Positions 42,327 through 50,061 of a DNA stretch of 55,007 bases are shown one piece after another (the first letter of the stretch is position 1; the number at the start of each line of letters is the position of its first letter). Source of the DNA: a virus. Its lineage: Duplodnaviria > Caudoviricetes. A model generated the notes under the pieces. The model was not told the origin of the DNA. It was given only the letters and a program-made list of their open reading frames with translations, and made no database searches. The position numbers were made by a program, and so were the translations under genes. The stretch lies in the IMG/VR virus record IMGVR_UViG_3300027971_000062, positions 1 to 55,007 of that record; one strand, written 5' to 3'.

Positions 42327-43909
42327 AACGGCTGCGTCAGGTGATGGATGATCGGCTCATGCCGTGGCGTCACGGCTGAGATCAACACGACGTTCTTGTC
42401 GTCGGGGTTCGGCTCGTATGCCGACTCCTTCGCGCCCTTGATGTAGATCGGCGTGACGAACGACAGCCTCTTGAGCTCGCCGCCCGCGCCGCGCCGCATC
42501 ATCATCTCCACCTGCTCGCCGCCGATGTCCATCAGCTCGTAGTCGGTCTCGGCGCCGCTGCGCTTGCCGCTGGGGAGCTTCCAGCGCAGCCCGACGCAGA
42601 CCCTGCCGGGATCGTTCGGACGAGCGTCGCTCAGGTCACCGTCAACGACCTTCATCACGTTGCCGCCGATCTTGAACGTCTTGGGCAGCGGGATCTGCTC
42701 CTGCGCCTTCTCGCCCTTCTTGAGCAGCGTCTGCCAGGTGCCGTCGTCTTTCTTGTACGCCATGAACACGACGGCCAGGCGTGAGTTGTAACGCTCGATC
42801 TCCTCGATCGCGTACTGCTCGTTCACGTCGGTGCCACTGAGCGAGAAGGTGAGGTCGTAGTTGTCCGGGAACTCGTGTCGCTTGCCATCGTGCATCCACG
42901 GAGCGCGACGACCCGGCACCTTGGTGTAGTCGTAGAACTGCAAGGGCTTGCCGTTCTCGCCCGACTTGCCCCGATAGTGATCAAAGAACCACGGAGCCAC
43001 GCGCTCCCACGGAATGTCCGACAGGACGTTCAGCCGGAACATCGGCGTGACTTCCTGCTTTGGATTGGGACGACGATAGAAGGTGCAGTCAACCATCCAC
43101 TTGTCGATCGACTCCATCAGCACGCGCATGAATGCGGTGGGCTGACCCAGGAGCGCGTGCGCTTGCGCGACCTTGCGATAGGTGTTGTACCGCTCGCTCG
43201 CGTTCTGGCCGGCGAAGATCAGGCACGAGTCACGGCACTCCTTGGAGCTGCCCTGGCACCAAGTGAACTTGGGGCCGATGCGCTGAGGCAGGCCAATCGC
43301 CGGATTCTTCCAGCGTTCCGCCATCCTGGCACCCTCAACGACCATCGCAGCCGTCGCCTCTTCAAACATTTTCGGCGTGTACGGGATCTTTTTGTCGTGC
43401 GCGCGACGCTTGATCTGCTCCTCCGACACGTCGAAGATGCGCTCGTAGGGGCCACGCCTCTGAGCCGCGAGCTTGGCGTGCGCCGCGGGGACCAGCGTGA
43501 CGCCCATGACCTCGACGGGCCTGTCCACGTCCTGGCTCGGCTTGAGCGTCTTGTAGTTCTGGCCGATCCAGGCGTCGGCCATGCCGATTGCGGTCTTGTA
43601 CTTGGTGACGATCTCGCCTCCTCTTTCCATGCCCGCGAAGTACGGCAGCAGGAGCTCGTGAGCCGTCTTGAGCGTCATGTTCATCACCGATGCCGCGGAG
43701 ATCGGAGACAACTGCGCGCTCGAGTAGGCAAGCTCGGCCATCTCCTCGGCAGTCGGCGCGTCCTCGGGGTTCGCCTCGGGCTCGTCGATCACCTGGACCG
43801 CGACCGGCCCACCGACCTTGCGCTGCACGAGGGCGAGCGCGCTCTCGGCGTCCTCCTCGAGGCCGAGGATCTTTCCGTCTGGTGAGATTGCAGCGTAGTA
43901 CGGCTTCAT
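42323..43909 (-). CDS. GP88-like (radical-SAM-related) phage protein with xxNP linkers
   Basis: WCQGSSKECRDSCL, RLNVLSDIPWE, FYDYTK, NYDLTFS, VVDGDLSD.R, VGLRWK; EANP after a ~48-aa leader and EPNP near the C-terminus. Confidence 0.75.
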   Translation of the reverse strand: MKPYYAAISPDGKILGLEEDAESALALVQRKVGGPVAVQVIDEPEANPEDAPTAEEMAELAYSSAQLSPISAASVMNMTLKTAHELLLPYFAGMERGGEIVTKYKTAIGMADAWIGQNYKTLKPSQDVDRPVEVMGVTLVPAAHAKLAAQRRGPYERIFDVSEEQIKRRAHDKKIPYTPKMFEEATAAMVVEGARMAERWKNPAIGLPQRIGPKFTWCQGSSKECRDSCLIFAGQNASERYNTYRKVAQAHALLGQPTAFMRVLMESIDKWMVDCTFYRRPNPKQEVTPMFRLNVLSDIPWERVAPWFFDHYRGKSGENGKPLQFYDYTKVPGRRAPWMHDGKRHEFPDNYDLTFSLSGTDVNEQYAIEEIERYNSRLAVVFMAYKKDDGTWQTLLKKGEKAQEQIPLPKTFKIGGNVMKVVDGDLSDARPNDPGRVCVGLRWKLPSGKRSGAETDYELMDIGGEQVEMMMRRGAGGELKRLSFVTPIYIKGAKESAYEPNPDDKNVVLISAVTPRHEPIIHHLTQPF

Positions 43910-43911
43910 GA

Positions 43912-44376
43912 CTACCTCTTGGCGACGAGCAGGCCGAGCAGGCCGGTGATCTGCTCCTGCCAGGGGATCGGAGCGATGAAGACCTTGATCCGGCTGATCG
44001 AGGTCGCGGCGACGAACAGGCGGTTGCCCTTCGCCACGTCGAACGAGAGCGGCACGCCGGTCTCGAGCTTGGCGCCCTTTCCCGACAGGACCGGGGCGAG
44101 CTGCTGCGAGCGCGAGACCGCGACGGGGCCAGCGGTCTCGAGCGTGAGCGTCACGCGCGCGAACTGACGGTCACCGTTGTAGAGGACCACGAACCGCCCA
44201 TCGAGGACGGGCTTGGCGAAGAACGTGTAGAGCTCGGTCGAGAGCTCCGCACCCGTCAGCGAGGGCGAGGGTGCCTGGACGCTGCCCTGGGTGTTGTTGG
44301 TGGACACGTTCGGGCCGAGCTTGGACAGGCCAGGCGCGGGCTTGATGCTCACCGGCTGCGCGTACAGGTTCTTCAT
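43912..44376 (-). CDS. Beta-rich putative structural protein
   Basis: GAGGAG RBS; short beta-sandwich-like pattern. Confidence 0.6.
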   Translation of the reverse strand: MKNLYAQPVSIKPAPGLSKLGPNVSTNNTQGSVQAPSPSLTGAELSTELYTFFAKPVLDGRFVVLYNGDRQFARVTLTLETAGPVAVSRSQQLAPVLSGKGAKLETGVPLSFDVAKGNRLFVAATSISRIKVFIAPIPWQEQITGLLGLLVAKR

Positions 44377-45047
44377 CACGATCTCCTCTTGAAGTAAACC
44401 ATCGATCCTAGCGTTATGGCGCCCGCGATAGCGAGGGCCGCGAGCAGACTGCCGCCGCTTGCGCCTCTGCCGCCCCCGGCTCCGTACCCGCCGACCCACT
44501 CGGCGTTGTCGAGCCAACTCTTGGGGGTGTTGCCGCCGGCCTCGGCGCGTTGCCGGAACTCAGCCCAGGTCTTCGCACCAGGCGCGTACTGCCTCACGCG
44601 AGCCGGCGCGACGTGAACCATCTTGACCATACGCCAGAAGTCCGCGCTGGTCTCGGGCCAGTCAACGTACTTCCGCGCGTAGGCGCGCGTGACGTTGACG
44701 TAGCGCAGTCCAGAGGCTACCTGCTCCTCGGCCTCGGCCTCGGTAAGCGGCCTGGATGCGCGCTGGGACGAGCCAACGCACGCAACGCGCAGGGCTTCTT
44801 CGCTGGTCAGTCCTTCGCGCGTGTTGTGCGGCGGCATAAGCTGGAAGATCCCGCTCTCGCGCAGTGTCGTGTACGAGCACGGATTGCCGTTGCTCTCCTT
44901 CTGGATATAGGCGAGCAGGAACGGGATCGGAATGGTCCCGGCGTGCTTCTCAAGCAGCGGGAGCCAGCGCATGACCGAGGCGGGAAACTCGGCCTCAAAA
45001 GCGGCGCCGAGTGCGGCGCGATGGGGGCGGTAGGGCGAGATCCTCAC
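44376..45047 (-). CDS. Lytic transglycosylase-like protein with C-terminal TM (putative virion entry enzyme)
   Basis: FLLAYIQKESNGNP, GIFQL; Gly linker, TM, KRR; ALGA leader. Confidence 0.78.
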   Translation of the reverse strand: MRISPYRPHRAALGAAFEAEFPASVMRWLPLLEKHAGTIPIPFLLAYIQKESNGNPCSYTTLRESGIFQLMPPHNTREGLTSEEALRVACVGSSQRASRPLTEAEAEEQVASGLRYVNVTRAYARKYVDWPETSADFWRMVKMVHVAPARVRQYAPGAKTWAEFRQRAEAGGNTPKSWLDNAEWVGGYGAGGGRGASGGSLLAALAIAGAITLGSMVYFKRRS

Positions 45048-45056
45048 GGCCCCATG

Positions 45057-45638
45057 CTACATGGAGGCCAGGAGCTTATCGACCGCAGCGTTGATCTCCT
45101 GCATCCTGGCGACCGATCCGCCCCGGTCGGGATGGTGCTTGCGGGCGAGCTCGCGGTGCCTGGCCTTGACGATCACGACGGTCAGCTTGTCGCCGGGGCC
45201 GAACCCCAGGACCACGCGCGGGTCGGGTCCAGCGGGCGGGGGCGGGGGCGGGGGCTGACGCGGGGGCTGGCGCGGGGTCTGGCGTGGCTGCTGGCGTGGC
45301 TGCTGGCGTGGGGGCTGACGCGACGCTCGCGCTCGAGCTTGGGCCTCGACCTGGGCGCGCAACTCGTCGAACCCCGGGCTCTGGAACATCCCCATCAGGT
45401 CGTCGATGCCGGCGAACACTTGGTTGTCGTTGACGCGCTGCCCGCGCAGCACGCGACCGAGCAGGCCGACGAGCCGCTCGCCGGGGCGCAGCGGTCGCGT
45501 GACCTCGGCCTCGAGCACGAGCCGGTGAGCTGGGCAGAGCGGCGGGTTTCCGTCGCCCTTGCGCCCGCAGCGTCGATCTGACTCGACGTAGGCGCACCGC
45601 GGAGCCTTACGCCGGGAACTTGCGGTCGAGCTCGGCAT
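45057..45638 (-). CDS. DnaJ (J-domain) protein with Cys/His knuckle and QxPR repeats
   Basis: VLG...RHRELARKHHPDRGG...MQEINAA; start uncertain. Confidence 0.8.
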   Translation of the reverse strand: MPSSTASSRRKAPRCAYVESDRRCGRKGDGNPPLCPAHRLVLEAEVTRPLRPGERLVGLLGRVLRGQRVNDNQVFAGIDDLMGMFQSPGFDELRAQVEAQARARASRQPPRQQPRQQPRQTPRQPPRQPPPPPPPAGPDPRVVLGFGPGDKLTVVIVKARHRELARKHHPDRGGSVARMQEINAAVDKLLASM

Positions 45639-45888
45639 TGGCGGCGGCGTCGTTCTGGGCGAGGGAGGCGCGCAGGCGATCGATCGCCTCACGGATCGCA
45701 CCGACCTCGAGGTCGCCCTTCCAGCCAGCGTTGAGGGTCTCGACGATCGACGCAATCGCCTGGAGCGCATCCTGGGCGTCTAGGCGTGACAGGCGCGAGA
45801 GGTTTGACTTGGCGATATCGCTGATCGCCCGCAACCCCAGCATCGCGGCGTGCAGCAGCTCGATCGACTTGATCGCGGACAGGTTCAC
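45607..45888 (-). CDS. Small helical protein in the lysis-like cassette
   Basis: GTGA overlap; amphipathic helices. Confidence 0.65.
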   Translation of the reverse strand: MNLSAIKSIELLHAAMLGLRAISDIAKSNLSRLSRLDAQDALQAIASIVETLNAGWKGDLEVGAIREAIDRLRASLAQNDAAANAELDRKFPA

Positions 45889-46277
45889 GGTGCCCCCTTG
45901 ATCGCAGCGAGCTCGACCAGCAGCTTGCGCCCGAACTCCTCGGCGGCAACCAAACTCGGACGATCGTCCTGCGTTGCAGCCGTCGCGAGCGCGCGATACA
46001 GCCGCTCAAACTCCGCGACCAGCTTGTCGCGACGCTCGCGGTAGGCGACCAGGCGGATCTCGGCCTCGGCCCTCGAGGACGCGCTCGAGACGATCTGCGC
46101 CTGATGAGCCGCATCCCACGAGACGAACCCGTCGCGAGCCACGTTGGCGCTGACCAGCACGGTGTGGAGCGTGCGCTGGCGCTGATTGCCACTGCACGCA
46201 GTCGGCACGGCGATCAGCCCGATGCAGATCGCAAACGTCGTCAGGTACAGCGTCAGGGTTGCCTGGATCGGCCTCAC
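45885..46277 (-). CDS. Lipoprotein (possibly spanin-like)
   Basis: Hydrophobic signal ending PTAC, then helical region; coupled to the holin-like gene. Confidence 0.65.
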   Translation of the reverse strand: MRPIQATLTLYLTTFAICIGLIAVPTACSGNQRQRTLHTVLVSANVARDGFVSWDAAHQAQIVSSASSRAEAEIRLVAYRERRDKLVAEFERLYRALATAATQDDRPSLVAAEEFGRKLLVELAAIKGAP

Positions 46278-46519
46278 GGCGCGGCGTCTCCCTTCGCGTC
46301 CTCGACCGGGGACGCCGAGCCCGCGGGCTTGCCCTTGAGGATCTCCACCGCGCCCGTGACCGTCTTCCCCGCGGCATACGCGACGAAAATGCCGGTGACG
46401 AACGTCTGCCACTCGGCCACGGGCATCGAGCCCAGGCCGGTTAGGACGCTCGCGGCGATGATGATTAGGACAGCGAGCAGTCCGCGCTCGCTCCTCCACA
46501 GGTCGGTCAGTGCTCCCAT
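46274..46519 (-). CDS. Holin-like two-TM protein
   Basis: 81 aa, two TM segments, charged tail; TAGGCT 6 nt upstream. Confidence 0.65.
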   Translation of the reverse strand: MGALTDLWRSERGLLAVLIIIAASVLTGLGSMPVAEWQTFVTGIFVAYAAGKTVTGAVEILKGKPAGSASPVEDAKGDAAP

Positions 46520-46536
46520 GCCGGGAGCCTACCACG

Positions 46537-47010
46537 CTACAGGAGGTATTCGCGACTCAGCGGCAGGCCCGCCCACTCGAGGCGGATCGACGCCGCGCAG
46601 CCGATCACCTCGGCCCGACAGACCGAGCACAGCCCGTAGTGCTCGACGACCACGACCTCGCCGGTCGCCCCATGCGTTGACAGCGCGCCCGCGGGGCTGG
46701 ATCGCTCTCGATCGAACGCTGCCAGGATCGTCTTGTAGTTGGCCCATTCGCCATGCGTCAACTCGAGCGGCGCGCGAGTGCCGAACCGGACCTCGCCTCG
46801 CTGGCACGTCGGCGCGTGGCGCACGTCGGGGATCTCGAGCTTGCGCCACCGGGCCAGGCGCGAGAACGGCGCAAAAAGCCGCTCCCGGGCCAGGTGCAGG
46901 AGCTCCTGGCGCGGCAGCAGGCCCGCCCCCCATCGCTCGCGTTGATTCTCGTCGCCGTGCGCGATCATGGCGCGTGCGGCCTCGACGCTGGGTTGGATGT
47001 CCGCGCGCAT
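46537..47010 (-). CDS. Hypothetical protein
   Basis: GGAG RBS; TGATG overlap; CSVC. Confidence 0.65.
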   Translation of the reverse strand: MRADIQPSVEAARAMIAHGDENQRERWGAGLLPRQELLHLARERLFAPFSRLARWRKLEIPDVRHAPTCQRGEVRFGTRAPLELTHGEWANYKTILAAFDRERSSPAGALSTHGATGEVVVVEHYGLCSVCRAEVIGCAASIRLEWAGLPLSREYLL

Positions 47011-47465
47011 CAGTTGAACTCCGCGACGTTCCGCTTGCGCGTTATCTCGCGGCGGATCACCTCGCCCAGGCGATCGGACGCCAGCCCGCACTTAGCCGCT
47101 GAATCGTAGAACGGGCCGACGAGCGCACCGAGCTGATACAGCGCGATCACCATGATCGACGACCAGATCTCGTCCTGGTCGCGTCGAGACAGCGAGCTGA
47201 CCTTCATCAGTCGATCAAACACGTCGATCGCCTCGCTCGCGACGATCCAGCCGGGAGGCTTGCGCTCGGCCATATCGGCTCCGCGACGCTCGCCTCGTTT
47301 GATGCCTGCCGGGGTCATTGACGCACGCAGCCTGTTGGCCTCCATCTCCCAGTAGCCCGCCTCGCTCTCCGTCGGAGCTGCCAGCCGCATGCACACCGCA
47401 GCCGCTAGCTCGTCCTCGACCTCCGCGCGCTCGTCTGCCGTTGCCTTGGATCGCTTCTTTGCCAT
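47010..47465 (-). CDS. Hypothetical protein
   Basis: AAGGAGG RBS. Confidence 0.7.
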   Translation of the reverse strand: MAKKRSKATADERAEVEDELAAAVCMRLAAPTESEAGYWEMEANRLRASMTPAGIKRGERRGADMAERKPPGWIVASEAIDVFDRLMKVSSLSRRDQDEIWSSIMVIALYQLGALVGPFYDSAAKCGLASDRLGEVIRREITRKRNVAEFN

Positions 47466-47478
47466 TGCATCCTCCTTG

Positions 47479-47727
47479 TCAAATTCGGCGCGCGAACCCG
47501 TCGGGGTCCAGGCTACCAGTGATCCACACAGCGTCGTCGTCCTCGCAGACGAGCAGCCCGCGCACCGCGCGCAGGCGCGCGATCAGACCCGCTTGACTCT
47601 TGCGCTTGCTCGCGACGCGCCCGCCCCATGGCTCGAGGCCATCGAGCAGATCTTCCTGATAGAAGCCGCGGGCCGCGCGCATGATCGCCTCGCGCTCGAC
47701 GACGGACAGTCGCTCAAGGCGAGTCAC
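47479..47727 (-). CDS. Small hypothetical protein
   Basis: GAGGAGG RBS; GTGA overlap with the methyltransferase stop. Confidence 0.6.
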   Translation of the reverse strand: MTRLERLSVVEREAIMRAARGFYQEDLLDGLEPWGGRVASKRKSQAGLIARLRAVRGLLVCEDDDAVWITGSLDPDGFARRI

Positions 47728-48907
47728 GGTCGTCCTCCTCGGAAGATGCTGTCGAGGGCTGCGACGATGAACGTCGCCGCGACCTGGGGGACGATCGCGT
47801 TGCCGTAGGCGCGCAGCTTTCCCACTCGACCGGATACCCCATGAGCCAGCGGGAATGATCCGGGCTCAACTGGCCTCCACTTGCCGTCTCGGCAGGGGAG
47901 CCAGTCAGCATCTCGCCAGTAGCTGTGATCCGCACCGTGCCGATGGTCCGCGCCATCTGATCCATGCCCATCTCCTCCTTGCGGTCGCCGCTCCGAGATC
48001 GGAAGTTGTCCGTCTGGGGAGTCGGCCACGCCGCGAGCTGGGCCTGCAACGACGGGTGCGTGATCGCGGTGCGCGGCCCCGATTTCATGTTCGCCTTCAT
48101 CGCCTGGTAGTTCTCCAGGGTGTTGCCGATCTCCGTCGCGACCGGGGTCGCCCAACTCGCGAGCCTTGCCTCGGTCGGGAGCCCTCCGGTCCCTCGCCGC
48201 GTCGTCGGTGGGCGCTCGCCTTTCTCGTCGCTCTTGAGCGGCGTTGACCAACTCGTCATGCGCGCTGCGCTCGTCAGCGTGTGACTCGGCGCCAACCGTG
48301 TTTCGGTCACCGGGCGAACCCCCGTCGATTCCGAGTCCTCGCGAACCGGCGTCGGCCAGCCCGCCATGCGCGCTGCGTCCGTCAGGGTCGTTCCGCTGTG
48401 ACCCGTCAACGTCTCGCGCTGCTGACGCTGCGCGGACCTCGGCCTCCCGTCGTCCGCGTACCCATGCCGCGCCGAGTCGCTGGAGTCGCTCGTCGTCGGT
48501 GTAGGCCACGAACCAGAGTCGTTGGCGACGGTGCGGGGCGCCGACGCCCGCAGCGCACAGATCTGCCGCAGCGCAGGTGTAGCCCGCACCTTCCAGGTCA
48601 GCGAAAACAGCGTCGAGCCAGCGGAGTCCGTCAGGGCTCGCAACCTGTTCGCCAAGCACGATTGGAGGTCGGCACTGGTCAATGAGCTTGAACCAGGCGG
48701 GCCAGAGGTGGCGCTCGTCGGCAAACCCTCGTCGCCCACCGGCTGCGGAGAAGGGCTGACAGGGGCAGCTCCCGGTCCAGATGCTGGCGTCGTCGGGCAC
48801 GCCTGCGAGGCGCAGGGCGAGGCTCCATCCGCCGATGCCGGCGAAGAAGTGCCGCTGTCCAGGCCCGGAAACGTCAGTTGCTGAAAGGTCGGTGATCGAT
48901 CGGTCAT
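47714..48907 (-). CDS. Nested out-of-frame ORF: putative beta polypeptide of the methyltransferase
   Basis: 397 aa, own GGGAG RBS; five W[PSA]TP repeats; motif IX-like GQLSPDHSRWLMGYPVEW, which is missing from the main frame. Confidence 0.7.
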   Translation of the reverse strand: MTDRSPTFQQLTFPGLDSGTSSPASADGASPCASQACPTTPASGPGAAPVSPSPQPVGDEGLPTSATSGPPGSSSLTSADLQSCLANRLRALTDSAGSTLFSLTWKVRATPALRQICALRASAPRTVANDSGSWPTPTTSDSSDSARHGYADDGRPRSAQRQQRETLTGHSGTTLTDAARMAGWPTPVREDSESTGVRPVTETRLAPSHTLTSAARMTSWSTPLKSDEKGERPPTTRRGTGGLPTEARLASWATPVATEIGNTLENYQAMKANMKSGPRTAITHPSLQAQLAAWPTPQTDNFRSRSGDRKEEMGMDQMARTIGTVRITATGEMLTGSPAETASGGQLSPDHSRWLMGYPVEWESCAPTATRSSPRSRRRSSSQPSTASSEEDDRDSP

Positions 48908-48998
48908 CTACGGCTCCCTGGGCGACGTGCCCCGCGGCGATCAGGTTACGCAGCCAGTCGGCTGCGTAAGGCTCGATCTCGTTGTACAGCGCGGTCAC
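47724..48998 (-). CDS. DNA (cytosine-5) methyltransferase, catalytic polypeptide
   Basis: FFAGIGG (I), GSCPCQPFS (IV), GEQV (VI variant), HRRQRLWFV (VIII), YGNAIV (X). Confidence 0.9.
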   Translation of the reverse strand: MTALYNEIEPYAADWLRNLIAAGHVAQGAVDDRSITDLSATDVSGPGQRHFFAGIGGWSLALRLAGVPDDASIWTGSCPCQPFSAAGGRRGFADERHLWPAWFKLIDQCRPPIVLGEQVASPDGLRWLDAVFADLEGAGYTCAAADLCAAGVGAPHRRQRLWFVAYTDDERLQRLGAAWVRGRREAEVRAASAARDVDGSQRNDPDGRSAHGGLADAGSRGLGIDGGSPGDRNTVGAESHADERSAHDELVNAAQERRERRAPTDDAARDRRAPDRGKARELGDPGRDGDRQHPGELPGDEGEHEIGAAHRDHAPVVAGPARGVADSPDGQLPISERRPQGGDGHGSDGADHRHGADHSYWRDADWLPCRDGKWRPVEPGSFPLAHGVSGRVGKLRAYGNAIVPQVAATFIVAALDSIFRGGRP

Positions 48999-49225
48999 CT
49001 GGCGACCTTGCCATCGGCGTTCTTGTCGCGCGTGAACCTCGCCTTGACGACCTTCCCGCCTTTTTCTCGCAGGGCGAGGTCCATCGCATCCACAGCGTTG
49101 TGGGCGTCGGCCATGAAATCGGCCTCGATCGAGATCGTGATCGTGATGCGTCCCTTGTCCATTGTATCCTCCATGCGGGCCAAGCCCGCGTTGTCGCTTG
49201 TACGTCGCGTGCGGTCAGTGGTCAA
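48995..49225 (-). CDS. Small hypothetical protein
   Basis: GTGA overlap with the methyltransferase start; true start may be an internal ATG after GGAGG. Confidence 0.5.
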   Translation of the reverse strand: MTTDRTRRTSDNAGLARMEDTMDKGRITITISIEADFMADAHNAVDAMDLALREKGGKVVKARFTRDKNADGKVAR

Positions 49226-49312
49226 GTTTCGGAGCGGAGCGCATCCGCCAGCGTATCGCGTGCGCTGCGCCCCAGGCGCACGCCAGCCTCGAGAGCGGAC
49301 GCCAGGCGTGGG

Positions 49313-49501
49313 TCACTTGCGGCCCCGTTTGTCGAACGCCTTGGTCGCGGCGGTCATCTCCAGTTTTGATCGCTCCTCGCGTAGGCGTTGGGCGGCGGCG
49401 CGAAGGTCGCGCAACGTACCACCCGTAGCGCCGCCCTCGATCATGTCGCCGATCGCCTGCAGTGCGGCTCCGATGCGGTTATGCGTCCACTTGGTGATCA
49501 C
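49313..49501 (-). CDS. Small hypothetical protein
   Basis: GGAGG RBS; GTGA overlap. Confidence 0.55.
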   Translation of the reverse strand: MITKWTHNRIGAALQAIGDMIEGGATGGTLRDLRAAAQRLREERSKLEMTAATKAFDKRGRK

Positions 49502-49728
49502 GCGCGCACCTCCATCGACGCGCGCATGGTGTCGGCCTCCTCCGCGAGGGCGTCCGCGTGAGCGGAGTCAGCCTCGCGCATTTCCGCGATGACTACATCG
49601 AGGCACGCCACCGAGCAGCAGGGCGCGGCAGCGTCGCAGACCCACTCGCCGGTCACGGGGTCGGCGTTGTCGGCCCCGCAGCAGGGGCAGGTCTCGGGCA
49701 TTTCCTGGTCGAGCATGGGTTCTCCCAT
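49498..49728 (-). CDS. Small Cys-rich protein
   Basis: CPCCG and CCSVAC. Confidence 0.55.
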   Translation of the reverse strand: MGEPMLDQEMPETCPCCGADNADPVTGEWVCDAAAPCCSVACLDVVIAEMREADSAHADALAEEADTMRASMEVRA

Positions 49729-49809
49729 TGGAGTAGCGGTTCGGCTCCATCGCTCGCCTCGAGCATCGAGGCGCGCGGCGCAACCGGCGAGCGCAGGCTC
49801 GCGAGGCAG

Positions 49810-50055
49810 CTAACCGAAGTAAGCGTCGCTCTTGTAGGTCGCCACGAGTTGACCGTGGCGCCCACCCGAACGTGCGCGCACCTCGATATGCGCCCCGTAG
49901 ACCTGGGCGCTCGCCTGGTTGCGCGCGAAACTCTCAGCGTAGGTCCGGGCGGCGCGCTCAGTGGTGAAGGTTTCAGCCGTAGGGAAGAAGAACCATTCGC
50001 TGTCCATTCCTCGCATGCGCTTGACGACCCGGAATTTCCAGCCTCGCTTGCTCAT
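49810..50055 (-). CDS. Small early-region protein
   Basis: AAGGAG RBS supplied by the upstream repeat. Confidence 0.7.
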   Translation of the reverse strand: MSKRGWKFRVVKRMRGMDSEWFFFPTAETFTTERAARTYAESFARNQASAQVYGAHIEVRARSGGRHGQLVATYKSDAYFG

Positions 50056-50061
50056 AATGCA

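Noticed and set aside
47714-48998. Frameshifted methyltransferase pseudogene or sequencing error
   Set aside because: Both frames are open throughout and each ends with a distinct conserved motif (X in one, IX-like in the other)
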